This document shows, piece by piece, positions 38,720 to 49,383 of a DNA stretch of 64,000 bases. Below the pieces are notes generated by a model. The model had not been told where the DNA came from and searched no databases. It saw nothing but the letters and a program-made list of their open reading frames with translations. Made by a program: the position numbers and the translations under genes. Source of the DNA: Candidatus Bathyarchaeota archaeon (GTDB lineage: Archaea; Thermoproteota; CALKCG01; B24; DRYS01); contig JAGTQC010000004.1 of the NCBI GenBank assembly GCA_018396535.1, positions 64,001 through 128,000 on the forward strand. The letters are read 5' to 3'. The stretch's first letter is position 1. Every line of letters starts with the position of its first letter.

Positions 38720-39619
38720 GTGAGTGAATGGAGCAGCTTCAAGCCTGAGAGGAGGAGCTTCCATCTATCCATACTTATACCTGGAAGCCTCGTAGATGAG
38801 GAGAGTCATCTACGAGATAAAACCCTTACTGTAGGATTGATAGGTAGAGCTGCAGCTGTATTCAGAGTTGATGAGGTATGCATATACAGGGATCTATATG
38901 GTGTTATGGATCAATCTAGCTCAGTAAATCTTATAGCATCTATCCTAAGATATATGGAGACGCCACCACATCTTAAACGCAAGCTTATAGGGTTGAAACC
39001 AGAGCTTAGATATGCGGGTATACTACCACCTTTAAGGCTACCGAGTCATACACCTCCTAAAAGGATAGATGAAGTTGTATCAGGCGAAGTTAGGGAAGCT
39101 ATCGTAGAGCGTAGCGGAGCTGAATGCTACGTAGATGCGGGGCTAGATAAGCCTATAAAGCTTATAGGATCATCTCCTCCACGTGGATCTAGAGTTACCG
39201 TTAGGATAGTAGTGGATAAAGGAGAAGTCTACTGTAAGCTTGTAGATCCATCTAAACTTAGATTCTACTGGAGCTTCCACGTATCGACACCTGATAAGCC
39301 GTTAAAGGATATACTAGAAGATTATCGTAGTAGCGGTTTAGTTATAGCTACATCCAGGTATGGGGATCCGATCGAGCAGCTTCTAGATGAGTTATCATCT
39401 AAGCTTACATCGATTAGAAACCTCGCTATAGTATTCGGATCTCCTAGAGAAGGGTTGAGAGAGATAGCTGGTAGGCAAGGATTTAAACTCCGAGATTATG
39501 TAGACTATATCGTTAATACTATACCTGAACAGGGATCCTATACTGTTAGGACGGAGGAGGCTGTATACGCAACCCTAGCTATAATGAATATCATATCATC
39601 TAGGATGTATAGAGTCTAG
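38720..39619 (+). CDS. SPOUT-family RNA methyltransferase (DUF171-like)
   Basis: RAAAVFRVD, YMETPP, GILPPL, FGSPREGL, NTIPEQG..TVRTEEA; usual neighbour of rpl3. Confidence 0.88.
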   Translation: MSEWSSFKPERRSFHLSILIPGSLVDEESHLRDKTLTVGLIGRAAAVFRVDEVCIYRDLYGVMDQSSSVNLIASILRYMETPPHLKRKLIGLKPELRYAGILPPLRLPSHTPPKRIDEVVSGEVREAIVERSGAECYVDAGLDKPIKLIGSSPPRGSRVTVRIVVDKGEVYCKLVDPSKLRFYWSFHVSTPDKPLKDILEDYRSSGLVIATSRYGDPIEQLLDELSSKLTSIRNLAIVFGSPREGLREIAGRQGFKLRDYVDYIVNTIPEQGSYTVRTEEAVYATLAIMNIISSRMYRV

Positions 39620-39686
39620 CTAGAGTCATCGACTAACCTTTATATCTAGGGTTAGCCGTCTAACTAGGCGAAGGGTAGGAAGGAGG

Positions 39687-40685
39687 ATGGGTCGAAGAAA
39701 GAAGAGAGCTCCTAGGCGTGGTAGCTTAGCGTTCATACCTAAGGGTAGGGCTGAATCTATTAAGCCTAGTATAAAGTATTGGCCTGATCCACTTCTAGCT
39801 AAGCCCTCCCTACTAGGCTTCCCAGGCTATAAAGCTGGTATGACACATGTATATATGGTAGAGGATGAGCCAACCGTATATAGGGGTAGGGAGGTTGCCC
39901 ACCCAGCTACGATAGTAGTTACACCACCAGCTAGGGTTATGGCTGTGAGATTATACGCTGATACGGTAGATGGATTTAAATCCCTAACAGAGGTTTGGCA
40001 TCCGAATATACTTAGGGATGTATGGCGTAACTTCAATATACCTAAAGAATACGATTTCCAAGCTAAGCTTAAGGATTTCGAGGAGGCTAGAAGCTTCGCA
40101 GGCGATGTTAGAGTTATACTAGGTGCTTCACCTAAGCTTGCTGGCTTATCTAAGAAGAAGCTGGATCTCGTAGAGGTTAGGGTGGGTGGTGGAGATATAG
40201 CTGAGAGGATAGATTACGCTCTATCGATACTCGGTGGAGAGGTTAGGGTTAGCGATGTATTCAAGCCTGGGCAGTATGTAGATGTATCCGCTGTTACTAA
40301 GGGTAAGGGGTTCCAAGGCGAGGTTAAACGTTGGCATGTACATAGGCTACACCATAAGACTAGGGAGGGTGTTAGGGGTGTAGGTACACTCGGCCCGTGG
40401 ACTCCAGCTAGGGTTATGTATACAGTACCTAGACCAGGTCAGCTTGGATTCCATCTTAGATGCGAGTATAATAAGCGTATACTCATGATAAGCAGCGATG
40501 GAAGCTTAGTAACACCCCCAGGAGGTATCACAGGTTTCGGTATAGTATCCACAGAATACGTGCTACTTAAGGGTAGTATACCTGGTCCTAGGAAGCGTCT
40601 AGTATTTTTAAGATATCCAGCTAGACCTCCAAGCATAGTGCCGGCTGAGCCTCCGAAGATAACGTACATCTATAGGGGTCGATAG
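39687..40685 (+). CDS. rpl3: 50S ribosomal protein L3
   Basis: PRRGSL, GYKAGMTH, TKGKGFQG, GQLGFH, KGSIPGP. Confidence 0.97.
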   Translation: MGRRKKRAPRRGSLAFIPKGRAESIKPSIKYWPDPLLAKPSLLGFPGYKAGMTHVYMVEDEPTVYRGREVAHPATIVVTPPARVMAVRLYADTVDGFKSLTEVWHPNILRDVWRNFNIPKEYDFQAKLKDFEEARSFAGDVRVILGASPKLAGLSKKKLDLVEVRVGGGDIAERIDYALSILGGEVRVSDVFKPGQYVDVSAVTKGKGFQGEVKRWHVHRLHHKTREGVRGVGTLGPWTPARVMYTVPRPGQLGFHLRCEYNKRILMISSDGSLVTPPGGITGFGIVSTEYVLLKGSIPGPRKRLVFLRYPARPPSIVPAEPPKITYIYRGR

Positions 40686-40687
40686 CG

Positions 40688-41482
40688 TTGACTATCGAAT
40701 CTATACCTGTATTCAACTTAGATGGTGTTCAAGTAGATTCTATAGAGAAGCCTAAGGTATTCTCCTATCCAATCCATAAATTCTTGATAAGGAGGGTTGT
40801 AGATATACTACAGACGCATAGAAAGCAGAAGCAGGGTAGGGATCCGATGGCTGGTAAACGTACATCCGCAGAATCTCTAGGTACAGGCTACGGTTTAGCT
40901 AGAGTTCCTAGGATTAAGGGTAGCTATAGAGCTGCATTCGTAACCATGGCTGTTAAAGGTAGATCTGCGCATGCACCCACCTCTATGAAGGTAATATATA
41001 AGAGGGTTAATAAGAAGGAGAGGCATCTAGCTCTCCTATCCGCGATATCCTCTACAGGTATACCTGAACTAGTAGCTAAACGTGGTCATAGGATCGAAGG
41101 TGTTAAGTATATACCATTAGTAGTCGTGGATGATATAGAGACTGTAAACTCTACTAAGGCTGCGAAGGATGTGTTGAAGAAACTCGGCTTATGGAGCGAT
41201 GTAGAGAGAGTCTACGAAGGTTCTAGAGCTAGAAGTGGTAAACCTAGACGTAGGGGTAGGGTTAAACGTGTAGGTAGGGGTCCGCTTATAGTCGTATACG
41301 AGGATAGAGGTGTGGGTCTAGCTATGCGTAATATACCAGGCGTGGATGTAGTAGAGCTTAGAAGCTTAAACCCTGAGCATCTAGCTCCAGGAGGATATCC
41401 TGGTAGATTAACTCTATGGAGCCTTTCAGCCTTCAAGAAGCTCGATGAGATAGTAGGGGAGGTGTATACAGCCTATGCCTAG
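40688..41482 (+). CDS. rpl4: 50S ribosomal protein L4
   Basis: GRDPMAGKRTSAES.GTG.G.ARVPR, LAPGG.PGRLTLW. Confidence 0.97.
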   Translation: MTIESIPVFNLDGVQVDSIEKPKVFSYPIHKFLIRRVVDILQTHRKQKQGRDPMAGKRTSAESLGTGYGLARVPRIKGSYRAAFVTMAVKGRSAHAPTSMKVIYKRVNKKERHLALLSAISSTGIPELVAKRGHRIEGVKYIPLVVVDDIETVNSTKAAKDVLKKLGLWSDVERVYEGSRARSGKPRRRGRVKRVGRGPLIVVYEDRGVGLAMRNIPGVDVVELRSLNPEHLAPGGYPGRLTLWSLSAFKKLDEIVGEVYTAYA

Positions 41483-41756
41483 TATAGATGAGCAGCTTAA
41501 AGCTAGACGTATAATCCTATACCCTATAACATCTGAGAAAGCTATGACTCTAGTAGAGAGGGAGAATACTATAACATTCGCTGTAGGTATGAACGCATCT
41601 AAAATGGATATTAGGAAAGCTGTCGAAATACTATACAGCGTGAAGGTGGAGGATGTACGTACCATTATAACGCATAAAGGATATAAGAAAGCGTATGTTA
41701 GACTCGCTGAGGGATACTCTGCTTCAGATCTAGCTATAAGACTCGGTATGATATAG
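41475..41756 (+). CDS. rpl23: 50S ribosomal protein L23
   Basis: YPITSEKA, NTITF, KKAYVRL. Confidence 0.96.
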   Translation: MPSIDEQLKARRIILYPITSEKAMTLVERENTITFAVGMNASKMDIRKAVEILYSVKVEDVRTIITHKGYKKAYVRLAEGYSASDLAIRLGMI

Positions 41757-41768
41757 GAGGCTAGCGGT

Positions 41769-42473
41769 ATGGGTAGACGTATACGAGCTCAGAAGATAGG
41801 TAGGGGGTCTCCGCCGTGGAAGGCTCCCACTCATAAGAGGATAGCCCCCGTTAGATATCCTCAGCTAGATAAGCCTATGAAAGGCTTGGTAGAGGAGCTT
41901 CTACACGAACCTGGGCGTGGTGCTCCGATAGCTAAAATAAAGCTTGAGGATGGTCGGGTATTCTACAACGTAGCTGTCGAATCGCTTAAGGTAGGCGATA
42001 TAATATACGTAGGAGGCGGAGGGTTAACTATAGGTTCGATAGCCCCTCTGAGAGATATCCCAGACGGATCTATCGTATGTAACATAGAGTGTAGACCAGG
42101 ATCTGGGGGTAATCTAGCTAGATCATCTGGAGCCTATGCTACAATCCTAAGCCATGCAGGCGGATACGTAACCCTACAGCTACCGTCGGGTAAGATGGCT
42201 GTTATACCAGAGGAGTGTAGAGCGACGATAGGTGTAGTAGCTGGTGGTGGACGTATAGAGAAGCCGTTCCTTAAAGCTGGTGTTAAGATGAAGTTGATGA
42301 GGGCTAAGGGTAGGAAGTGGCCTATAGTTAGGGGTGTAGCTATGGCTGCAGTCCACCATCCGCATGGTGGGGGGAGGCATCAAAGCGAGGGCCATCCGAC
42401 TACCGTATCTAGGAATCTACCACCAGGAGCTAAGGTCGGTCATATAGCTGCTAAAAGGACTGGTAAGAAGTAG
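41769..42473 (+). CDS. rpl2: 50S ribosomal protein L2
   Basis: HEPGRGAP, RSSG, WPIVRGVAM..VHHPHGGG, PPGAKVGHIAA. Confidence 0.97.
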   Translation: MGRRIRAQKIGRGSPPWKAPTHKRIAPVRYPQLDKPMKGLVEELLHEPGRGAPIAKIKLEDGRVFYNVAVESLKVGDIIYVGGGGLTIGSIAPLRDIPDGSIVCNIECRPGSGGNLARSSGAYATILSHAGGYVTLQLPSGKMAVIPEECRATIGVVAGGGRIEKPFLKAGVKMKLMRAKGRKWPIVRGVAMAAVHHPHGGGRHQSEGHPTTVSRNLPPGAKVGHIAAKRTGKK

Positions 42474-42526
42474 GTGAGGAAACCCTTATATCTAGCTCCC
42501 ACTCTAGATGGCTTTAGCGTTAAGCT

Positions 42527-42922
42527 ATGTCTCGTGAATTCGTCTACAGAGGGTATACGTGGAGTCAGATTAGAGAAATGTCTAGCGACGAATTTATCAA
42601 GCTTCTACCATCTAGACAGAGGCGTAGTCTTACGCGAGGTCTAAAACCCGAGCAGGTGAAGCTTCTGGAGAGGATAAACCTAGCTATTAAGGGTAAGTAT
42701 ACTAAGCCTATAAAAACTCATTGTAGGGATATGGTGATCCTACCTAAGATGGTCGGTCTAACAATACACGTATACGATGGACATAAATTCGTCCCGGTAA
42801 CTATAACCGAGAAGATGATAGGGCACTATCTAGGTGAATTCGTACCTACCAACAAACCTGTTAAGCATGGAGCACCGGGTGTAGGTGCTAGTAGAGGATC
42901 TATGTACGTACCACTTAAGTAG
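42527..42922 (+). CDS. rps19: 30S ribosomal protein S19 (uS19)
   Basis: [43 protein letters not shown]. Confidence 0.97.
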   Translation: MSREFVYRGYTWSQIREMSSDEFIKLLPSRQRRSLTRGLKPEQVKLLERINLAIKGKYTKPIKTHCRDMVILPKMVGLTIHVYDGHKFVPVTITEKMIGHYLGEFVPTNKPVKHGAPGVGASRGSMYVPLK

Positions 42923-42983
42923 ATCAGCATAATTATCCGAATGAAACCTTTTTACTCCTAGACTATAAGCATCAATCTATCTA

Positions 42984-43541
42984 ATGACTCATAGAGGATT
43001 ATTCGTAGGTAGATTCCAACCACTCCATATAGGCCATCTTAGAGCTATACGGTGGATACTCGATAGAGTCGATGAGCTGATAATAGCTATAGGTAGTGCA
43101 CAGTATAGTCATACACTTCAGAATCCATTCACAGCTGGTGAACGACTTGAAATGATAAGAGCATCGCTGATAGATGATGGTATAGATCTATCGAGGATAA
43201 TAACGGTAACCATACCAGATATACACGTACATAGTCTATGGGTTAGACTAGTAGTCTCGCTATCCCCTAGATTCCATGTAGTATACTCTAACGAGCCTCT
43301 AACTCGTAGATTATTCGAAGAGGAGGGTTTCACAGTAGAGGATATACCATTCTTCGATAGGGAGATCTATAGTGCTACAGAGGTTAGGAGACGTATACTC
43401 GAAGATGGTGATTGGAGGAGTCTAGTACCTGAAGCCGTAGCTAAGCTTATAGATGAATTCAAAGGTGTAGAGCGTATGAAGAATCTAGCTAGAACAGATA
43501 GGGTTGAGGAGCCTAAACCAGGGAATATGCTCGGCATATAG
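42984..43541 (+). CDS. nadM: Nicotinamide-nucleotide adenylyltransferase
   Basis: GRFQPLHIGH, GSAQYSH...NPFTAGER, SATEVR. Confidence 0.94.
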   Translation: MTHRGLFVGRFQPLHIGHLRAIRWILDRVDELIIAIGSAQYSHTLQNPFTAGERLEMIRASLIDDGIDLSRIITVTIPDIHVHSLWVRLVVSLSPRFHVVYSNEPLTRRLFEEEGFTVEDIPFFDREIYSATEVRRRILEDGDWRSLVPEAVAKLIDEFKGVERMKNLARTDRVEEPKPGNMLGI

Positions 43542-43555
43542 GGTAACACTCTAGA

Positions 43556-44146
43556 CTATACTGGAGGCTTAGGCATAACTATGGTAGACTCATCCGGATC
43601 TCCTAGAATCGTACATTCACCTCTCACATACATTAAACCTGTATAGGCTGCGGTGATAGCATCGAGTTCGTGAACCGTCGGATCTGGGCTATGAATTCTA
43701 AGACCTAGCTTTTCTAGACCATACCTAAGACGATACCTATCCTTCTTAGCTCTAGGTAGGCCTAAGATATCCTGTGCGCCACCAGGATAGACTTCTATAA
43801 CCTCGAATCCAAAACCCTCGATTATAGGCTTAAGCCGCATACCCCTCTCGGTTAGCATACGCATAGCTCCAAGCGTTACTGGTAGAAATCTTATACCAGC
43901 TCTCCTAAGCATTATATCACATAACCTTAAATGCGGGCCGCTATCCTCTATGCTACCTCTACCTCTAGGTAAGCCTAGAGGTGCATCGATAGCTACAACT
44001 CTAGGCTTACATTCGGCTATAACCTTCAATATCTCATCATCAGTGTAGACTATGGATGTATAAACGTCTAGAGATGGATAGTATAGCTTAGATAAACCTG
44101 TAGGTCTTCTAGGAGATCCAGCTAGATCAAGCCCGATTACTATCAT
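43556..44146 (-). CDS. DUF429-family RNase H-like fold protein
   Basis: IGLDLAG, IDAPL, IEVYP, HELDAITAA. Confidence 0.8.
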   Translation of the reverse strand: MIVIGLDLAGSPRRPTGLSKLYYPSLDVYTSIVYTDDEILKVIAECKPRVVAIDAPLGLPRGRGSIEDSGPHLRLCDIMLRRAGIRFLPVTLGAMRMLTERGMRLKPIIEGFGFEVIEVYPGGAQDILGLPRAKKDRYRLRYGLEKLGLRIHSPDPTVHELDAITAAYTGLMYVRGECTILGDPDESTIVMPKPPV

Positions 44147-44161
44147 CCCATCAATATGAAT

Positions 44162-44767
44162 CTAGAATAAGGGTATAAACTCCTCTCTAACATCATTCTC
44201 CGATATGAGTAGTAGGTCAACACCATCGCCGCTAGTAGCATCACGCATAGAAGCAGTCTTAACACTCCTGATAGCTAACTCTCTAGCATCTACTAAACTG
44301 ATATCCCTAGTATAGCCAGATTCTATAACACCTATAGCTACCTCAGCCCCTGTTCCTAGAGCTGTATAGTTATCTGGTAAGACTACTCCAAGAGGATCTA
44401 GTACATAGAGGCTATACCCCTCCTCCCGATCATATCCGCCTACGATTATCTCTGTTAGAAGCGGGTACATCCTATGATAGATAAGTATATTCGATGTAAG
44501 CTTAGCAGCAGATCTAACAGTAGCTGATCTACCGAGTTCAAGCTCTAGTATCTTAACCTCAGCTCTTATAAGATCGGCTATGGATTGCATATCTGATACC
44601 AATCCAGCACACGCAAACCCTATACGTTCAGCTATACGGAAGACCTTCTTAGCTCTACGACTCAATATGTATCCTCCATAGCTAAGCCGCTTCTCTGAAG
44701 CTAGTACAACACCATCCCTAGCTACTATACCTACTGCCGTAGCTCCAGTGAGATACTGGAAAGCCAT
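44162..44767 (-). CDS. psmB: Proteasome beta subunit (probably non-catalytic type)
   Basis: GATAVGI..DGVVLASEKR, GLVSD, GTG, RDATSGDG. Confidence 0.92.
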   Translation of the reverse strand: MAFQYLTGATAVGIVARDGVVLASEKRLSYGGYILSRRAKKVFRIAERIGFACAGLVSDMQSIADLIRAEVKILELELGRSATVRSAAKLTSNILIYHRMYPLLTEIIVGGYDREEGYSLYVLDPLGVVLPDNYTALGTGAEVAIGVIESGYTRDISLVDARELAIRSVKTASMRDATSGDGVDLLLISENDVREEFIPLF

Positions 44768-44819
44768 ATTAGATCAATATTTGATTCCCCTACAGATATA
44801 TATTAGGGTTTCCTAATAG

Positions 44820-45425
44820 TTGAGAAACGCTTATCTACTACTCCAATACATGTTTTCAGAGGATAAGTTGGTATACACCCCGGTATGCTATTTCGATCTT
44901 AAATCAGGTATACTTTGTCCTAGATGTGAGGCTAAACTTCGCAGCGGGGAGATATCCGAGCTAGATATAGAGGTAGCTAAACTACTAGTGAATGTAGAAT
45001 CTAAGTTTCCGCAATTACAGAAGGCTTCATTCATAAGAGCGGTAGATACCGGAGAGCATACGATCATAGTATTCGGGCAGGGCGATCTAGCTAGGTTGAA
45101 TCCTATACTAGGCGAGTTACGTAGAGTAGTATCAGATAAGCTTGGTAAACCTGCTATCATACTCGAGAATCAGAGCGATCCTAGAATGCTTATAGAGGAT
45201 CTCCTAAGCCCGTTAAGGATAGTCGCTATGAATACTCTCTGGATACCTGATGGTACACGTGAACTCCACATCATAGTTAGTGGCAGTAAGCGTAACCTAC
45301 CAATCTCCGAGAAGATCCTGCACTCTATCGTGGAAAAGCTCTACGGTACATCGCTACGTATAACCTTCGAGCCTCCTATCGAGCAGCGTAGGGGGGTTAA
45401 GCGTAGAATCCAGAAGACTCGATAG
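44820..45425 (+). CDS. NusA-like KH-domain protein with N-terminal Zn motif
   Basis: [16 protein letters not shown]...[19 protein letters not shown]; true start probably 44850 or 44868. Confidence 0.7.
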   Translation: MRNAYLLLQYMFSEDKLVYTPVCYFDLKSGILCPRCEAKLRSGEISELDIEVAKLLVNVESKFPQLQKASFIRAVDTGEHTIIVFGQGDLARLNPILGELRRVVSDKLGKPAIILENQSDPRMLIEDLLSPLRIVAMNTLWIPDGTRELHIIVSGSKRNLPISEKILHSIVEKLYGTSLRITFEPPIEQRRGVKRRIQKTR

Positions 45426-45511
45426 CTATGCTATAATAATCTACCCCTCTATATGTTCTCCATGAAACGTTTATATCTAGGCTAACTATCTCCTCAACTT
45501 TGATAATAGCT

Positions 45512-47185
45512 ATGACCGCCGAAGTTATACCTGCTGTAACCGAGAGTGGGCAGCCTATACTAATACTTAAGGAGGGTACCTCTAGGGTTAGGGGTAGGGA
45601 TGCGCAGGTAAATAATATAACAGCAGCTAGGATCGTAGCCGAGATGGTTAAAACATCGCTTGGACCAGCTGGTATGGATAAGATGCTCGTCGATACTCTA
45701 GGAGATGTTACGATAACAAACGATGGTGCTACGATACTAAAGGAGATGGATGTTCAGCATCCGGCTGCTAAGATGATGGTGGAGATAGCTAAAGCTACCG
45801 ATAGCGAAGTAGGTGATGGTACGACTAGCGTAGTCGTACTAGCTGGTGAGCTTTTAGGTAAAGCTCTCGAATTAATAGAGCTTAACGTGCATCCATCTAT
45901 AATAGTCGACGGCTATAAGAGGGCTCTCGATGAAGCTTTAAGCGTTCTAAGATCGATAGCTGTGAAAGTTGATCCTCTAGATAGAGATACGTTGATAAAG
46001 GTTGCTATGACTGCTATGGGTACTAAAGCAGTTAAGGAGGGTAGGGAGTATCTAGCTAAACTAGTCGTGGATGCTATACTACAAGTTGCTAGGAAGATCG
46101 GGGATAGATATGTAGTCGATCTAGATGATATCAAGGTTGAGAAGAAGGCTGGCGGTACCATATTCGATACCCAGCTTATCAAGGGTGTTGTATTGGATAA
46201 GGAGGTTGTACATGCAGGTATGCCTAAGCTTGTTAGGAATGCTAGGATAGCGTTACTAAACTGCCCCTTAGAGATAGAGAAGACGGAGTTCGATGCTAAG
46301 ATCAATATAGAGACTCCTGAGCAGATGAAGGCTTTCCTAGATGAGGAGGCTAGGATGCTTAAGGATATGGTTGATAAGATTGCTGCTACAGGTGCTAACG
46401 TAGTATTCTGTCAGAAGGGTATAGATGATATGGCTCAATACTTCCTAGCTAAGAAGGGTATACTAGCAGTAAGAAGGGTTAAGGAATCAGATATGCAGAA
46501 GCTTTCGAGAGCTACAGGAGCAAGAATAGTAACAAACATAGAAGATCTAAGAACAGAGGATCTAGGAACAGCAGAACTAGTAGAAGAGAGGAAGATAGGA
46601 GAGGATAGATGGGTATTCGTAGAGGGCTGTGTTAACCCGAGAGCTGTATCGATATTGATAAGGGGTGGAGCAGATAAGGTTGTTGAGGAAGCTGAACGCT
46701 CTATCCACGATGCTCTATGCGTTGTTAAGGATATCGTAGAGTATCCATACCTAGTATTCGGTGGTGGAGCACCCGAGATGGAGGTTTCATTAAAGGTTAG
46801 GAAGTGGGCTGAGAAGCTCTCTGGTAGGGAGCAGCTCGCAGTCTTGAAGTTTGCTGAAGCTTTAGAGGTTATTCCATCAGCTCTAGCAGAGAACTCTGGT
46901 TTAGATGCTATAGATATTATAGTCGAGCTTAGAGCTAGGCATGAGAAGGGACAGATATGGGATGGGGTCGATGTGATTAAGGGTGGTATAGGCGATATGA
47001 AGGCGTTAGAGGTATGTGAGCCTCTCGCTGTTAAAGAGCAGGTACTTAAATCAGCTGTAGAAGCAGCTACCTCGATACTGAGGATCGACGATGTCATAGC
47101 CGCTGGTAAGCTTAAGGAAGAGGGTAAGAAGGAGAAGAAGGAAGAGGAAGGAGAAGAGGAAAAGCCTAAGCCAGAGTTAGATTAG
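45512..47185 (+). CDS. ths: Thermosome (group II chaperonin) subunit
   Basis: [43 protein letters not shown]. Confidence 0.97.
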   Translation: MTAEVIPAVTESGQPILILKEGTSRVRGRDAQVNNITAARIVAEMVKTSLGPAGMDKMLVDTLGDVTITNDGATILKEMDVQHPAAKMMVEIAKATDSEVGDGTTSVVVLAGELLGKALELIELNVHPSIIVDGYKRALDEALSVLRSIAVKVDPLDRDTLIKVAMTAMGTKAVKEGREYLAKLVVDAILQVARKIGDRYVVDLDDIKVEKKAGGTIFDTQLIKGVVLDKEVVHAGMPKLVRNARIALLNCPLEIEKTEFDAKINIETPEQMKAFLDEEARMLKDMVDKIAATGANVVFCQKGIDDMAQYFLAKKGILAVRRVKESDMQKLSRATGARIVTNIEDLRTEDLGTAELVEERKIGEDRWVFVEGCVNPRAVSILIRGGADKVVEEAERSIHDALCVVKDIVEYPYLVFGGGAPEMEVSLKVRKWAEKLSGREQLAVLKFAEALEVIPSALAENSGLDAIDIIVELRARHEKGQIWDGVDVIKGGIGDMKALEVCEPLAVKEQVLKSAVEAATSILRIDDVIAAGKLKEEGKKEKKEEEGEEEKPKPELD

Positions 47186-47367
47186 CTCCGCTATCATCCA
47201 CTCTCTAAATCATAACCTAATTCTCAAACTCTAAATACCCCATCTACAGTTTTTATTCTCTCCCCACTTATCCACAATCTATTCTAGGTATACATACGAA
47301 TAACCTGTTTATATCCTAGGAGCTTACACCTTAGATTACGTAAGTCTCTCAGAGGGAGGAGTACTCT

Positions 47368-47922
47368 ATGCTTGAATTCAGATGGCATGGTAGAGCTGGG
47401 CAGGGTATAATAACTGCTATAAGGATTCTAGCATCTTCAGCTATAATCGAAGGGAAGTATGTACAAGCATTCCCACAGTTCGGTCCTGAACGTATAGGTG
47501 CCCCCATCGTAGGGTATTGTAGGATATCTGATACACCGATAACTATCCATGGACCGATAGAGTCACCCGATGTTGTCGCAGTACTAGATCCTACGATAAT
47601 AGGTTTAGTAGATGTAGTAGAGGGGTTGAAGCCAGATGGTATAGTCGTCGTTAATAGTAGAGAGGATCCTAGACAGCTTGCTGTGAAGCTTGGGGTAGCT
47701 AGAGTGTATACGGTAGATGCTACAGGTATATGCTTGGATGTTATGGGTTCAGGTAGAGCTGTGAATATGGCTGTCATGGCTGCTGTAACTAAGATTACCG
47801 GTGTAGTTTCACGTGAATCGCTAGTTAGAGTTCTATCTGAAAGGTTTACGGGTAGGGTTTTGGATATGAACTTGAAGGTATTGGATAGAAGCTTCACAGA
47901 GGTGAAGGGTGTTGAAGCTTAA
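47368..47922 (+). CDS. porG: 2-oxoacid (pyruvate):ferredoxin oxidoreductase gamma subunit
   Basis: RWHGRAGQG, QAFPQFGPERIGAP. Confidence 0.92.
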   Translation: MLEFRWHGRAGQGIITAIRILASSAIIEGKYVQAFPQFGPERIGAPIVGYCRISDTPITIHGPIESPDVVAVLDPTIIGLVDVVEGLKPDGIVVVNSREDPRQLAVKLGVARVYTVDATGICLDVMGSGRAVNMAVMAAVTKITGVVSRESLVRVLSERFTGRVLDMNLKVLDRSFTEVKGVEA

Positions 47923-48193
47923 GGGGTGGCGTGAAATACCTATAGGAGGTATACTACTAGAACCCGGATCTGCGGCTGAGTATAGAACTGGGGATTGGAG
48001 GTTATTCAGACCAATCATAGACTGTTCGAAGTGTATAAAGTGTCTGCTATGCTGGATCTATTGTCCTGAACCAGCTATAGTGAGGAGGGATGATGATAGT
48101 GTAGAGGTAGATTACTATCATTGTAAAGGATGTGGTATATGTGCATCTGAATGCCCCGTCAAGGCTATATCTATGGTTGAAGAGGTGAGGTAG
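47909..48193 (+). CDS. porD: 2-oxoacid:ferredoxin oxidoreductase delta subunit
   Basis: TGDWR..RP, CIKCLLCWIYCP, CKGCGICASECP. Confidence 0.93.
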   Translation: MLKLKGWREIPIGGILLEPGSAAEYRTGDWRLFRPIIDCSKCIKCLLCWIYCPEPAIVRRDDDSVEVDYYHCKGCGICASECPVKAISMVEEVR

Positions 48194-49381
48194 ATGGCTG
48201 CATGGATTGCTGGACGAGTACTAGCTATGAATGGTAATGAAGTTGTAGCATACGCTGTTAAACAATGTGGTGTAGATATCGTCGCAGCATACCCTATAAC
48301 GCCTCAGACCATTATAGTAGAAGCGTTCAGCAGGTATGTAGCTGATGGGCTTGTAGATACAAGCTTCATATGCGTCGAATCTGAGCATTCAGCTATGTCT
48401 GCTTGTATAGGTGCAAGCCTTATGGGTGCTAGAGTCTTCACAGCTACATCGAGCCAGGGGTTAGCCTTAATGCATGAAGCTCTATACGCAGCTTCAGGTC
48501 TTAGATGTCCTATAGTTATGGTTGTAGTTAACAGAGCTTTATCAGCTCCGATAAATATACACTGCGACCACTCTGATATGATGGGTTCCAGGGATTGCGG
48601 ATGGATCCAGATATTCACGGAAAACGTTCAAGAAGCATACGATTTTACTATACAAGCTTTCAGGATAGCTGAGCATCCAGATGTACTATTACCAGTCGCC
48701 GTGAATCTAGATGGTTTCACTATATCCCACTGCGTAGAGAATTTCGTATCGCTAACAGATGAGGAGGCTTTAAGCTTTGTAGGACCTAAACGTAACCCGG
48801 TCTACTGGCTTAACCCTGATAAACCTATAACCGTAGGTGCTCTAACCCTACCAGACTACTACTATGAGGTTAAGAGACAGCAAGTTGAAGCTATGGATAA
48901 TGCCTACAGGGTCTTCCTAGATACGGTTAAAGCATTTAGAGATCTGACAGGTAGAGCATATAGCCCGGTCGAAGTATGGGGTAGCGACTACGCTGATGTA
49001 GCTGTAATGGTTTTAGGTAGTACAGTAGGGTTGATGAGAAGTATAGCATATAGATATGGTGGTAGGGTTAAAGTAGTATTTCCGAGATTATTCAGACCGT
49101 TTCCATCTAAGGATATCAGGGCTATCCTAGAGGATGTTAAGGTCGTAGCTGTTATGGATAGATCCATAGCCTTTGGAGCCCCGCTCAACCCGCTAGCTTC
49201 TACTATAGCTTCAACTATCATCTTAGAGGGTTTGGATACTAAGCTCGTAAACTTCGTCTACGGGTTAGGTGGTAGAGATTTGAAGGTTTCAGAAGCAGAG
49301 TATATAATCGAGTATGCGTTGAAAGCATGCGAAACAGGTGTTATAGATAAGCCTATACAATTCATAGGGGTGAGAGAATAG
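48194..49381 (+). CDS. porA: 2-oxoacid:ferredoxin oxidoreductase alpha subunit
   Basis: AYPITPQT, ESEHSA, TATSSQGL, NRALSAP, YGLGGRD. Confidence 0.94.
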   Translation: MAAWIAGRVLAMNGNEVVAYAVKQCGVDIVAAYPITPQTIIVEAFSRYVADGLVDTSFICVESEHSAMSACIGASLMGARVFTATSSQGLALMHEALYAASGLRCPIVMVVVNRALSAPINIHCDHSDMMGSRDCGWIQIFTENVQEAYDFTIQAFRIAEHPDVLLPVAVNLDGFTISHCVENFVSLTDEEALSFVGPKRNPVYWLNPDKPITVGALTLPDYYYEVKRQQVEAMDNAYRVFLDTVKAFRDLTGRAYSPVEVWGSDYADVAVMVLGSTVGLMRSIAYRYGGRVKVVFPRLFRPFPSKDIRAILEDVKVVAVMDRSIAFGAPLNPLASTIASTIILEGLDTKLVNFVYGLGGRDLKVSEAEYIIEYALKACETGVIDKPIQFIGVRE

Positions 49382-49383
49382 AT

